Positions 1 to 8,975 of a stretch of 64,000 nt of DNA are shown here, one piece after another. Under the pieces are notes generated by a model. It was given only the letters and a program-made list of their open reading frames with translations, searched no databases and was not told the origin of the DNA. The position numbers and the translations under genes were made by a program. Source of the stretch: Elusimicrobiota bacterium (GTDB lineage: Bacteria > Elusimicrobiota > Elusimicrobia > UBA1565 > JACRDR01); NCBI GenBank assembly GCA_041694815.1, contig JBGFSC010000004.1:32001-96000 (forward strand), read 5' to 3'. Positions within the stretch are counted from its first letter, which is position 1; the number at the start of each line of letters is the position of its first letter.

Positions 1-1905
1 CTGCTTTCCCTTGAGCGAGTTCTGCAGCGCCATCAAGGCGATGCGCAGGCCGCCGTTGTCGGCGACGTTCTCGCCGAGGGTGAGCTGGCCGTTGAGCTTT
101 AAGTCGTCGACCGCGGTGTACTGGGAGTATTGCTTCTCGATGCAGGCGGCGCGCTCCTCGAAGGCCTTCCCGTCTTCCGGAGTCCACCAGTCGCGGAGGT
201 TGCCCTTATCGTCGAACTGCCGGCCCTGGTCGTCGAAGCCGTGCGTCAGCTCGTGGCCGATGACGCCGCCGATCGCGCCGTAATTGACGGCGTCGTCGAT
301 CGCGGCGTCGAAAAAGGGTGGCTGCAGGATGCCGGCCGGGAAGTTGATGTTATTCATCAACGGGTGGTAATAGGCGTTGACCGTCGGCGGGCTCATGAAC
401 CACTCTTTTTTATCGACGGGCCGGCCGATCTTGGCCAGCTGGCGCCGTATCTCGAACTCGTCGGCGCGCATGCCGTTGCCTAGGAGGTCGTCGCGGCGGA
501 TCTCGAGCTTGCTGTAATCGCGCCAGCGTTCGGGATAGCCGATCTTGTTGGCCATGGCCGCCAATTTTGCCTGTGCCTCCCGCTTGGTCGCGGGCGTCAT
601 CCAGGGCAGGGCGTCGATGTCCTCCTTGAGCGCGCGCTCTAAGCCCTTGATGAGCCGGAGCATCCGCTTCTTGCTCTGCTTGGGGAAATACTGCTCGACA
701 TAGCGTTGGCCGAGAGCCTCGCCCAAGGCGCCGTCGGCCAGGGCCACGCAGCGCTTCCAGCGGGGCTTGATCTCCTTGGCGCCGGTCAGGGTCTGACCGT
801 AGAACTTGAAGTTCTCGTTGACGAAAGCGGAGGAGAGCAGCGGCGCGGCCGCCCTCACGGAGTGCCAGCGGAGATAGGTCTTCCAATCGGCCGGGGGCAC
901 GGATTCGAGCATTTGGCCGAAGCGCTTGATGAAATCGGGCGATTCGACGTTGACGGATTGGAGTTCAGGGGCCTGGACATCGGCCAAATAGCGCCGCCAG
1001 TCGAACTTCGGAGCCAAGGCCGAAAGCTGGTCCATGTCCATGCGGTGGTAGACATTCTTGGGGTTCCGACGGGCGACGTTGTCCTGGGAGGCGCGGGCGA
1101 GCTCAGTCTCGATGGACATCACGGTTTTGGCCGATTGAGCGGCCTTCTCGGCCGGTTCGCCCAGAAGGGTAAACATCTTTTCGATATGCGCCACGTATTG
1201 CTCGCGCAGCTCGACGGACTTCTTGTCCTCCTTGAAGTAATAATCCCGGTCCGGAAGGCCCAAGCCCGCCTGTCCGATCTGCGCGATCACCTCGGTGGCG
1301 TCCTTAAAGTCCTGGTCCGAGCTGATGCTAAAGACCGCGTTGATGTTGCCCAGTTTCGCGAAGGCGGCCGGCATATCGGCAGGGCCGCGGATGGCATCGA
1401 TGCGGTCCAATAGCGGTTTGAGCGGCTGGGCCCCCTTCTTCTCCGCCATCCTTTCGTCCATGCAGGAGGCGTAGAGATCGCCGATCTTCTGGTCGATGGC
1501 GCCGCGTGTGCGGCCCGGCTTGGCGGCCTTCTCCAAGATGCGGCGCAGGATGGCATGGTTGTTTTCGGCCAACTCGTTGAAGCGACCCCAGCGGGCCTGG
1601 TCGGAGGGGATCTCCGTCTTGGCGAGCCACCCGCCGCAGGAGTACTGGAAGAAATCGGAGCAGGGGTCGGCGGATTTGTCCATCGCGGCCGGGTCGAAGC
1701 TGATCAGCTTGCCCTTGGCCTCCGGCTTTTTCGCCTTGCCCACCGCGGCCTTTACCTCCGGCGCCTTCTCCTTCTTCTTGGCGCCGTCATAGAAGGAGCT
1801 CAGCTCGTCGGACTCGGAATCGGGATCCTCCGCGGCCGGAGCCCCGGCGGCGGGGATGGCGAGCGCACCCAAGAATAGGGACAGGATGAACAGGCTTTCT
1901 TTCAT
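1..1905 (-). CDS. M13 family (neprilysin/PepO-like) zinc metallopeptidase, secreted; 3' end runs off the window
   Basis: Manual minus-strand translation (absent from the ORF track because it has no stop in the window): signal-like N-terminus from ATG 1905, VNAYY, GVIGHELTHGFDDQG and GENVADNGG motifs. Confidence 0.93.
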   Translation of the reverse strand, partial: MKESLFILSLFLGALAIPAAGAPAAEDPDSESDELSSFYDGAKKKEKAPEVKAAVGKAKKPEAKGKLISFDPAAMDKSADPCSDFFQYSCGGWLAKTEIPSDQARWGRFNELAENNHAILRRILEKAAKPGRTRGAIDQKIGDLYASCMDERMAEKKGAQPLKPLLDRIDAIRGPADMPAAFAKLGNINAVFSISSDQDFKDATEVIAQIGQAGLGLPDRDYYFKEDKKSVELREQYVAHIEKMFTLLGEPAEKAAQSAKTVMSIETELARASQDNVARRNPKNVYHRMDMDQLSALAPKFDWRRYLADVQAPELQSVNVESPDFIKRFGQMLESVPPADWKTYLRWHSVRAAAPLLSSAFVNENFKFYGQTLTGAKEIKPRWKRCVALADGALGEALGQRYVEQYFPKQSKKRMLRLIKGLERALKEDIDALPWMTPATKREAQAKLAAMANKIGYPERWRDYSKLEIRRDDLLGNGMRADEFEIRRQLAKIGRPVDKKEWFMSPPTVNAYYHPLMNNINFPAGILQPPFFDAAIDDAVNYGAIGGVIGHELTHGFDDQGRQFDDKGNLRDWWTPEDGKAFEERAACIEKQYSQYTAVDDLKLNGQLTLGENVADNGGLRIALMALQNSLKGKQ

Positions 1906-1998
1906 GGTTGTTCTCTCCAGGTCGAAAATCGGAAGGATAGGATAGCACAATCGAGGGTTCTTGCGCTTCTCGGAAGGCCTGTTATACTATCGCGCCCC

Positions 1999-3633
1999 AT
2001 GAAATCCCGGTATTTTTCCTCGATTCCGGCCGCTCTTCTCTTGTTCTTTCTCGCTTCGGCCGTGATCCCGGCGGAGCCGTCGCTCGACTCTGGTTACCAG
2101 GAGTTGCGATCCCGGGCCGCCGCGGCCCGCCAAAAGCTTGCCGAGCCCGAGGAAGAGTCCGTCTCGATCGTCGTCTACCATACCAACGACATCCATGGCA
2201 GCATCGACGCCCAACCGCCGAACCCTGAGAAGCATTTCTCCGGCTCGGGCGGCGTCGCATCCCTGGCGACACTGCTCTCGCGCGAGTCACGCCCCCATTA
2301 TTGGGTCGACTCCGGGGATTGGTTCCAGGGCACGCCCGAGGGGAACCTGAGCCGCGGCGAGGCGGTGATCGATGTCTTCAACCGGCTCGGGCTGACCGCG
2401 GCGGTGTTGGGCAACCACGACTACGACTACGGCGAGGGGAACGTGCTTAAGCTCGCGCGCAAGGCCTCCTTCCCGATATTGGGGTCCAATATCCTCTCGG
2501 CCTCCAACGGCAAGCCGGCCGGCTACGTCACTCCCTACGTCATCCGCGAGCCCGCGCCCGGGGTCAAGATCGGCTTTTTCGGCCTCTTGTCGAGCGGTAT
2601 GCCCGGCCTGGCCTTCCCGAGGCACATCGAGGGCTTGAGCTTCGGACGCGAGGCGGACGCGGCGCGAAAGGCGGTGGCCGAGCTGCGCGATCAGGGCGCC
2701 GACATCGTCGTCGCCGTCACCCATGTCGGCATCGAGGAGAACCGGGCCCGGCACGCCGACATTAAGGAGGGGGACCTGTTTTTGGCCAAGAACGTGCCGG
2801 GCATCGACGCGATCATGGGAGGGCACACCCACCAGGAGCTCAGAAAGCCCATGATCGTCGACAACGGCGGCCGCAAGGTCTTGATCACCCAGAACGGGAG
2901 CCGCCTGAGAACCGTCTACCAGGTCGTCTTCGAGGTCGGCCGCAAGAGCGGGCGGCTGCTGCGGAGCTCCGGCAAGCTTATCCATCTCGACCCCGCCAAG
3001 ATCCCTCCCGACCCCGAGACGCACAAGATCGTCGAGAAATACAAGGCGTCGATCGAGCGCGAGATGGGCCGTGTGATCGGCGCCTCCAGCGTGGCGATGG
3101 AGCTGCGCGCCGATCGGGAATGCCTCATGGCGAATTGGATCGCCGACGTTATGCGCCGCCACGCCAAGGCGGATTTGGCCGCCATCAACACCTTCGGCAT
3201 CCGCGCGGAACTGCCTCGGGGCGAGCTGACTTACGGGCATCTCTACCGCGTCATGCCCTTCGACAACTCCCTGGCCAAGGTGCGCCTGCTCGGCTCGGAG
3301 CTGAGGAAGCTCGCGGAGAAGAACATGGGCCCGAACGCCCTGACCCTGCAGTTCTCGGGCGCGGAGATCGTCTACGACCCGGCGCAGCCGGAGGGTCGGC
3401 GCGTGCTCGCCTTCAACGTCGGCGGGGCGCCCCTGCAGGAGGAGCGGGTCTATACCCTCGCCGCGCTCGATTTCGTGGCGACCGTAGACCCCGTCTTCGA
3501 CGGGATACGGCGCGAGGTCGAGACGACGCCCGAGCTGCTGCGGGACATTCTCGTGGAGGAGGTCCGGCGCCGCGGAGTGATCTCCGCCTCCTTGGACGGG
3601 CGGCTCAGGCGTGCCGTGGCCGCTGTCAGGTAG
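1999..3633 (+). CDS. Bifunctional 5'-nucleotidase/UDP-sugar hydrolase, secreted
   Basis: Signal peptide; HTNDIHG, DSGDWFQG, LGNHDYD and GGHTH metallophosphoesterase motifs; C-terminal 5'-NT domain (PFDN). Confidence 0.92.
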   Translation: MKSRYFSSIPAALLLFFLASAVIPAEPSLDSGYQELRSRAAAARQKLAEPEEESVSIVVYHTNDIHGSIDAQPPNPEKHFSGSGGVASLATLLSRESRPHYWVDSGDWFQGTPEGNLSRGEAVIDVFNRLGLTAAVLGNHDYDYGEGNVLKLARKASFPILGSNILSASNGKPAGYVTPYVIREPAPGVKIGFFGLLSSGMPGLAFPRHIEGLSFGREADAARKAVAELRDQGADIVVAVTHVGIEENRARHADIKEGDLFLAKNVPGIDAIMGGHTHQELRKPMIVDNGGRKVLITQNGSRLRTVYQVVFEVGRKSGRLLRSSGKLIHLDPAKIPPDPETHKIVEKYKASIEREMGRVIGASSVAMELRADRECLMANWIADVMRRHAKADLAAINTFGIRAELPRGELTYGHLYRVMPFDNSLAKVRLLGSELRKLAEKNMGPNALTLQFSGAEIVYDPAQPEGRRVLAFNVGGAPLQEERVYTLAALDFVATVDPVFDGIRREVETTPELLRDILVEEVRRRGVISASLDGRLRRAVAAVR

Positions 3634-4759
3634 AGGGCGGGCGCTTTTCCCGCAGCAGCTTGGACAACTCGCGACTTACGGCCGGCTCCGACCAGCCATC
3701 GCTTGCGGCCGCGCCCGCGGCTAGGACGGTCTCAGGCGAGATCGGCCAGCGCCATTCCTGAAAGCGCCTCGTCAGATCGGTCTTGAGCTTCGCGCTCAAG
3801 AGAAAGGCGAACACATTGGCCTTTTGCGCGAGCAGCGCGGCGCTCTGCGCACCCTCGGGGACCGTCCAGTCGGACGGATAAGGAAAGGAAGCATGGTAGG
3901 TTCGGATGAAGCCGCGGAAACCCTGGAAGAATTCCTCGAGCCGGCCCTGCTGCCTGAACTCGCGGTAGAGCGCGACCAGCATTCCGGTGAGTATATGGCC
4001 ACGCCCATGGGGACTGCCCTGCGAATTGACCGGCAGCGGAACCATGTCCTCGAAGCGGCGGCCGGAGCGCCGGTATTCCCAAAGGGCCATGTCCGCATCC
4101 ATCCAGGCGTAATCCTCGACGCCCGACATGAAGGTGTCGCAGGGCGGCCTCTGGCCGGCCTTGCGCTCGCAGAAGCCGTCCCAATACCAGGCCTCCTTGA
4201 GGCCCTTGAGTTCGCTGTAGACGCCGTAGCCGAACAGGGCGAAATTGTCGGCCCAGGATTCGGTCATGGCCGCGTCCCAGCGGTAGCCGCTGTCGCGCGC
4301 GTCGAAGGGGGAGAACATGTGCCCGATTTCGTGCGCGAAGGAGGCGAACAGCGGGCGCCGCGGGTGGTTGGCGGTAAAGACGATGTCGCGTCCGACCACC
4401 GCGGCGTCGGCGTAAAGCGCGTTGCCGAGGCGATAGGCCGGGTAGGCGTGCTCTAGGTTGCCCTTGGGGCATTCCGGCCCCCGCGGCTTGTTCGGGGCGC
4501 AGCGCTCGTGGATGGGGATCGGCGTCTGCGGCGTGTATCCGGTCAAATCCTGCATGAAGTCGAAGAACTTCTCGTACTTCTCGAAGTAGGCCAAGGGGTC
4601 TTCGATCTGCCGGGCGTGCTCCGGGTGCAGGTCCCAGAGGAACCGTCCGCAGACGATGGTCCCCGTGTGCCGGAATTCCGCCAGGGAGCGGTCGCAGGAG
4701 ACCGCGGCGCAAGCGGGAGCCGGAACGGAAAGCAGCGTCGCGAAAAGCAGGCGTTTCAT
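3626..4759 (-). CDS. Secreted gluzincin metallopeptidase, M60-like
   Basis: Signal peptide MKRLLFATLL; AHEIGHMF followed by TESWA third ligand; C-terminal DLTRRFQEWRWP resembles the M60-like tail. Confidence 0.6.
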   Translation of the reverse strand: MKRLLFATLLSVPAPACAAVSCDRSLAEFRHTGTIVCGRFLWDLHPEHARQIEDPLAYFEKYEKFFDFMQDLTGYTPQTPIPIHERCAPNKPRGPECPKGNLEHAYPAYRLGNALYADAAVVGRDIVFTANHPRRPLFASFAHEIGHMFSPFDARDSGYRWDAAMTESWADNFALFGYGVYSELKGLKEAWYWDGFCERKAGQRPPCDTFMSGVEDYAWMDADMALWEYRRSGRRFEDMVPLPVNSQGSPHGRGHILTGMLVALYREFRQQGRLEEFFQGFRGFIRTYHASFPYPSDWTVPEGAQSAALLAQKANVFAFLLSAKLKTDLTRRFQEWRWPISPETVLAAGAAASDGWSEPAVSRELSKLLREKRPPST

Positions 4760-4794
4760 GGACCCAGCATAGCTATTAGGCCCGCTAAACATCC

Positions 4795-4810
4795 AGGAGC
4801 GAAAGGCCTA
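4795..4810. promoter_or_regulatory. Palindromic box AGGAGC-GAAA-GGCCTA (putative activator site)
   Basis: Shares AGCGAAAGGCCTA with the box at 16288; 23 nt from a minus-strand TATGCT -10 (4766-4771). Confidence 0.5.
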
Positions 4811-4839
4811 TCCGGAGGTATAATGAGGAAGGAGGCGCC

Positions 4840-5067
4840 ATGCTACATACGGTTCCGAAGCTTCGGCATCGCGGTTTGACGGGTCGTTGGCCCATCGCGG
4901 AACTCCAGGAGCCCGGCGTGCCCGGAGGCGAAAGGCATTCGCGCCGGCACGCGAGGCTCAAATCCTCCGTGCATCGGGCAAGGCCCGTCCCGAATACCCG
5001 CCGCGGGAAATCGGGCGGGCGACGGGATTCCACCCGCGGGCGCAAGGGCATCATCGACCGGCGTTAG
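4840..5067 (+). CDS. Small Arg-rich hypothetical protein (75 aa)
   Basis: TATAAT 4819-4824 and AGGAGG 4830-4835 before the ATG; fills the intergenic gap. Confidence 0.5.
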   Translation: MLHTVPKLRHRGLTGRWPIAELQEPGVPGGERHSRRHARLKSSVHRARPVPNTRRGKSGGRRDSTRGRKGIIDRR

Positions 5068-5073
5068 GCCCGG

Positions 5074-6723
5074 TTACTCGTGCAGGAAGCTGCCGAAGTA
5101 GATGCGGCGCTTTACCGTCGGCGACTCGGTGAGGTCATCGACGCTCTGGCCGCTCTCGATCTCCTCGAGGCCGAGACCGAAGCGTTCCTTGAAACTCGTG
5201 CGCAGCACGCGGCCGGCCGACTTGCGGCTTTCGAGCAGGTTCTCGCCCCCTTCGTAGAGCAGTACGTGCGAGACGGACTTGGGCGAGCCCGGCTTCGTCA
5301 GGAATACGAGATCGCCGGGCTCGAGGCCCTTGCGGCGTATCGGGGACGCCTTGAGGAACTGCTCGTGCGCGTCCCGGGGCAGCCGCAAGCCGGCGCTGCG
5401 GTAGGCCAGCCCGACGAGTCCTGAGCAGTCGACGCCACGCTCCGAGCGCCCGCCCCAGAGATACGGCTTGCCGAGGAAGGATTTCGCGGATTTAAGCACG
5501 GCCGGGGCGGTGGCCCCATCGGCGGGGGGCGCGGCCTCGGGCCTGTTGAAGGTCAGGGCGTCCGCGCGGGTCCACCCGGTGATGCCGTGCCAGCGGCGCG
5601 TCGGCAGGAAGGCAGGCTGCTCTAAGGCCTCGGCCTTGACCCAATGGCCGCGCGCCTCCAGCAGGCGCAACCTTTCCGCAGGTAGGAGCTGCGAGAGTAA
5701 TTCCGACCCGTCCTCGGGCTCGCGGCGCAGGTCGGCCGTCGTCCCGGCATAGGCCGTCTCCGGGAAGGCCGGCCCCAGAACATAGGCCACCCCGCGTTTG
5801 CGCTTAAGCCAGGCGAGGTAAAAATCCTCGCGGGGGTAGACCCGACGCACCGTCAACCGGCTTGGGGCGGCCGGGTCGTAGGCAACCACTTCCCCCTTGC
5901 GCGTGAATCCCGCGACGACCAATAGATGCCCGGGGGTCCTGCGGATAGGAGCTCCCTGGAGCTCTCCCGGCTCGAAGGCGATCGTGACGACAACCGGACG
6001 TCCCGCGGCAATCTCCTCCTGCAATTCTTCCATCGAATCCATCCGCGCGACGCGGCCCCGCAGCCCATGCATGGCGGCGTAGGCCACGTTGAGCGTCCAG
6101 TTGCCGAAGAGCCCCGAGCCGCGGTCGCGCACGCCGTCTGCTACCGAGATCGTCTTAAGCCGCCGTCCCCAGAAATCAAGCAGCATCGACAGCGAGGTCG
6201 GCGAGCATATATCGCGGCGGTAATTGGACTGCTCCTCCATTTGAGAGCGCGGGCGCAACTTGAGCTCACGTACCCAGGGGCCGGGCTTGAAAGGCTTTAA
6301 GGGCGCGGCCTCTCCTCTCGAATCCCAATGGGCGAAAGAGACCCGTCGCAGCCGCGCCTCGCCGGTCATGAGCACCCTGTAGCGGAAGGCTGTGGCAGGT
6401 TGCTTGAGCTCGAGCGTGTCGACGTTGACCTTGCCCCACTCGTCCTCTTGCTCTCCGAGGCTCGAGCCGACTCCTGCCTCGGACTTGCCCAAGCCGTACC
6501 AGCCCGAGGACTTCTTTCCGTCTTGGACCTGAACCTCCAGCCGCAGGCCGCTGCCGGAAGGCAATTCGGCGTTCCAGGAGCCTACGAGACGGTCGAATGG
6601 TGGCGCCCAGACGAGAGGGGATTCCACGCTTCCGGCACCTTCGAAGAGGCCATCCTCGAAGGCGAGGAGGGAGGGCCCTTCGACGCGCGCGCCCGACACG
6701 TCGAGGGCGGTCGCGTGCGTCAT
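5074..6723 (-). CDS. Peptidase C39-like + SH3-like + NlpC/P60 fusion protein
   Basis: SQM..ICSPTSLSM, GHLLVVAG and YDPA (C39-like); GKPYLWGG, GVDCSGLV and SHV (NlpC/P60); start uncertain. Confidence 0.85.
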   Translation of the reverse strand: MTHATALDVSGARVEGPSLLAFEDGLFEGAGSVESPLVWAPPFDRLVGSWNAELPSGSGLRLEVQVQDGKKSSGWYGLGKSEAGVGSSLGEQEDEWGKVNVDTLELKQPATAFRYRVLMTGEARLRRVSFAHWDSRGEAAPLKPFKPGPWVRELKLRPRSQMEEQSNYRRDICSPTSLSMLLDFWGRRLKTISVADGVRDRGSGLFGNWTLNVAYAAMHGLRGRVARMDSMEELQEEIAAGRPVVVTIAFEPGELQGAPIRRTPGHLLVVAGFTRKGEVVAYDPAAPSRLTVRRVYPREDFYLAWLKRKRGVAYVLGPAFPETAYAGTTADLRREPEDGSELLSQLLPAERLRLLEARGHWVKAEALEQPAFLPTRRWHGITGWTRADALTFNRPEAAPPADGATAPAVLKSAKSFLGKPYLWGGRSERGVDCSGLVGLAYRSAGLRLPRDAHEQFLKASPIRRKGLEPGDLVFLTKPGSPKSVSHVLLYEGGENLLESRKSAGRVLRTSFKERFGLGLEEIESGQSVDDLTESPTVKRRIYFGSFLHE

Positions 6724-6759
6724 GGCAGCGGCCGGCCCCGGCGCCAGCAGCAGGGCGGG

Positions 6760-6794
6760 AAATAAAAATCGGGCGCGCCCACGGCGCGCCCGAT
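6760..6794 (-). terminator. Rho-independent terminator after the ferredoxin gene
   Basis: 12-bp stem ATCGGGCGCGCC/GGCGCGCCCGAT followed by TTTTATTT on the minus strand. Confidence 0.75.
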
Positions 6795-6819
6795 GTTCAA
6801 GCGGAATTCCAATCGTGGC

Positions 6820-7134
6820 TTATTTCACCAGCTTGTTGCCCGGCTTGTGGGGCGGATCGTTCGGCGGTCGCGGGGTGACCTTGGGGTGGGTCTTAAACTC
6901 CGGGGCCAGTTCCTTGTTAATGGCGGCCCACTCCGGGTTCTCGTCCACCGAGCCGACGATCGCGCCGATGGGACACTCGGGCAGGCAGACGCCGCAGTCG
7001 ATGCAGACGTCGGGGTCGATGATCATGAACTTCTCGCCCTTGTAATCCCCGGGATGGATGCACTCGACCGGGCAGACGTCGACGCAGGCGGCGTAGACCT
7101 CTCCCAGGCACTTATCCAAGATGACGTGTGACAT
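6820..7134 (-). CDS. Dicluster ferredoxin (FdxA-like)
   Basis: CVDVCPVECI and CIDCGVCLPECP motifs. Confidence 0.93.
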   Translation of the reverse strand: MSHVILDKCLGEVYAACVDVCPVECIHPGDYKGEKFMIIDPDVCIDCGVCLPECPIGAIVGSVDENPEWAAINKELAPEFKTHPKVTPRPPNDPPHKPGNKLVK

Positions 7135-7202
7135 TCAGTTCCCCCTTATCCAATCGGCGAATGGTCGCAGGCCCATCAAATCTGCTAGACTCGCCGGCAG
7201 CC

Positions 7203-7547
7203 TCAATTGTTGAGCACCTCTTTGGGAGGCAGGCTCCAGGGCAATTTGCTTTCGTTCGGCGTTTCCAGAGGCGACGCGAAGATGACAGATCGGCGGCTCA
7301 CCCCAAGGTTGCGCCTTTCGAACTTGACCGAGTTGGTCCGCGAATCGAATACGACGGCCCGGGCCAGGTGGAGCACGCCGCTGTCGTCGCGGTCGGCCTG
7401 GCGAATGATGTCTCCGATGCGGCGGCAGCGCGAGGAAGCGGGCACGCGGACGACGCCCTCGATGCGCTCCGAGGCGGTGCGCAGTTCGACCCAAAGCTCT
7501 CGGAAGCGAAGGTCGGTTTTGTGTCCCGGGAAAGGCCGATTAGGCAT
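7203..7547 (-). CDS. Hypothetical protein (resembles small DUF6812-like beta proteins)
   Basis: ORF fills the gap upstream of the ferredoxin; RIEGVV...R(I)GDII...VLHLARAVV pattern. Confidence 0.5.
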   Translation of the reverse strand: MPNRPFPGHKTDLRFRELWVELRTASERIEGVVRVPASSRCRRIGDIIRQADRDDSGVLHLARAVVFDSRTNSVKFERRNLGVSRRSVIFASPLETPNESKLPWSLPPKEVLNN

Positions 7548-7562
7548 GGGTACTCGCTCTCA

Positions 7563-8975
7563 ATGAATTGTAACTATTTCGTCCAAAGGAGTCAATGTCG
7601 GGCTTGGGCGGGGCTCTGCGCCCTGTGGCTCTCCGGAGCCGCCTGGGGCGGCGAGAGCCTCTACCAGCAGTCAGGAAGCTTTTTGCGTAGCGCGCAAGGC
7701 ATTCCCTGGCGCCTGTCGGGCGCCACCTCGCTCAACTGGCGCAACGTAGGCCCCCGGGAGCCCGGCTTCGAGACCCAAATACAGAACGAGGTGTTCTTCG
7801 CCGACACCTATTTCGCCTTCCTAGGGCCGGCCTTAGACGGGGTCCCGTTTCGCATGGAGTTCCAAATGCCGGTGGGCTCCCAGGGGCAGCCTAATCTCTA
7901 CCAGTTTTTTTTCCAATATAAGCGCCTAGATAACTGGGATTTCTATTTCGGGAAATTCCTCGTGCCCTTCGGCCGCTATAACGAGCTCTACCGCCCCGAC
8001 ATGTTCTTGACGGTCACCAGGCCGCTGCTCTATTCCTCGCCCGACAGCCTCGACCTGGTGGTGCGCATCAACTCCCCACGCCCGCCCGTGAGCTCCGGCT
8101 ATGCGGACATCGGGGCGCGCATCTCCTACTACCCCAGCTGGAAGGCCTTGGCCGTCCCATCGGAGATGACCTTCTTCGTGGTTAACGGGCTCAGCGAGGC
8201 GACCAATCGCTTGCGCACCTTCCCCCGCCCCAATAACCTGGGGATCACGCCACCGCCCCCCAACGGGGTGTCCGTGGATTTCGGCCACGAGAACAACAAC
8301 TTGGCCGACAACAACAATAACAAGGCGATCGGCGGGCGCATCGTTTATTCCTTCGGCAATTTGGACCTCCCCTGGCCGATCCCGGAGGGCAAGCGGGACC
8401 TCGACGGCGTGGGCCTCGGGTTCTCGGCGATGGGAGGGCAGTTCGACCTCGAGGCGGTCAACAATTACCATATGGTCGGAGCGGATATCACCTGCGAATA
8501 CCTCGGCATCAACCTCTCCGCCGAGTACATGTACAGCTTCACGCATTTCCAGTCGCCCTTGGAGGCGAACGGTTCCAGCAATACCTTGGCGACCCCTAAC
8601 GTTTTAGTCCGGGATTTCGAGGACATCTATGGTTACTTCGTGCAGGCTTCGTATCCGATCTGGCGTAAGCCCCGGTGGGGTAAGAGGGTGACGGGGATCG
8701 TGGTCTATAACCAGATGTGGCGGCGCGGTCCCCAGCTCGACCTGTTCACGGACCAGACTGTCAACGGGACATTCTTCGCCTCGATCGCGGCCTACAACAA
8801 CCGGGCCCCTCGCATCGACACGCGCATCGACAAGATTACCTTCGCGGTCAACTGGCAAGTGACCGACCATGTCATCCTCAAGTACGATTATTCCTTCTGG
8901 GGGCTGCAGCGCGCCAGCACCCTGTTCACCACGGACATCTACCAAGGCGCGCTGTCGATCGTCGGCAGTTTCTGA
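7563..8975 (+). CDS. Outer-membrane beta-barrel/porin-like protein
   Basis: Signal-like segment; GKFLVPFG; DNNNNKAIGGRI; alternating beta strands; C-terminal Phe; start uncertain. Confidence 0.7.
   Translation: MNCNYFVQRSQCRAWAGLCALWLSGAAWGGESLYQQSGSFLRSAQGIPWRLSGATSLNWRNVGPREPGFETQIQNEVFFADTYFAFLGPALDGVPFRMEFQMPVGSQGQPNLYQFFFQYKRLDNWDFYFGKFLVPFGRYNELYRPDMFLTVTRPLLYSSPDSLDLVVRINSPRPPVSSGYADIGARISYYPSWKALAVPSEMTFFVVNGLSEATNRLRTFPRPNNLGITPPPPNGVSVDFGHENNNLADNNNNKAIGGRIVYSFGNLDLPWPIPEGKRDLDGVGLGFSAMGGQFDLEAVNNYHMVGADITCEYLGINLSAEYMYSFTHFQSPLEANGSSNTLATPNVLVRDFEDIYGYFVQASYPIWRKPRWGKRVTGIVVYNQMWRRGPQLDLFTDQTVNGTFFASIAAYNNRAPRIDTRIDKITFAVNWQVTDHVILKYDYSFWGLQRASTLFTTDIYQGALSIVGSF

Noticed and set aside
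7128..7562. Long N-terminal extension of the 615-aa ORF
   Set aside because: It overlaps the more plausible minus-strand gene 7203-7547; the signal-like segment begins after 7563
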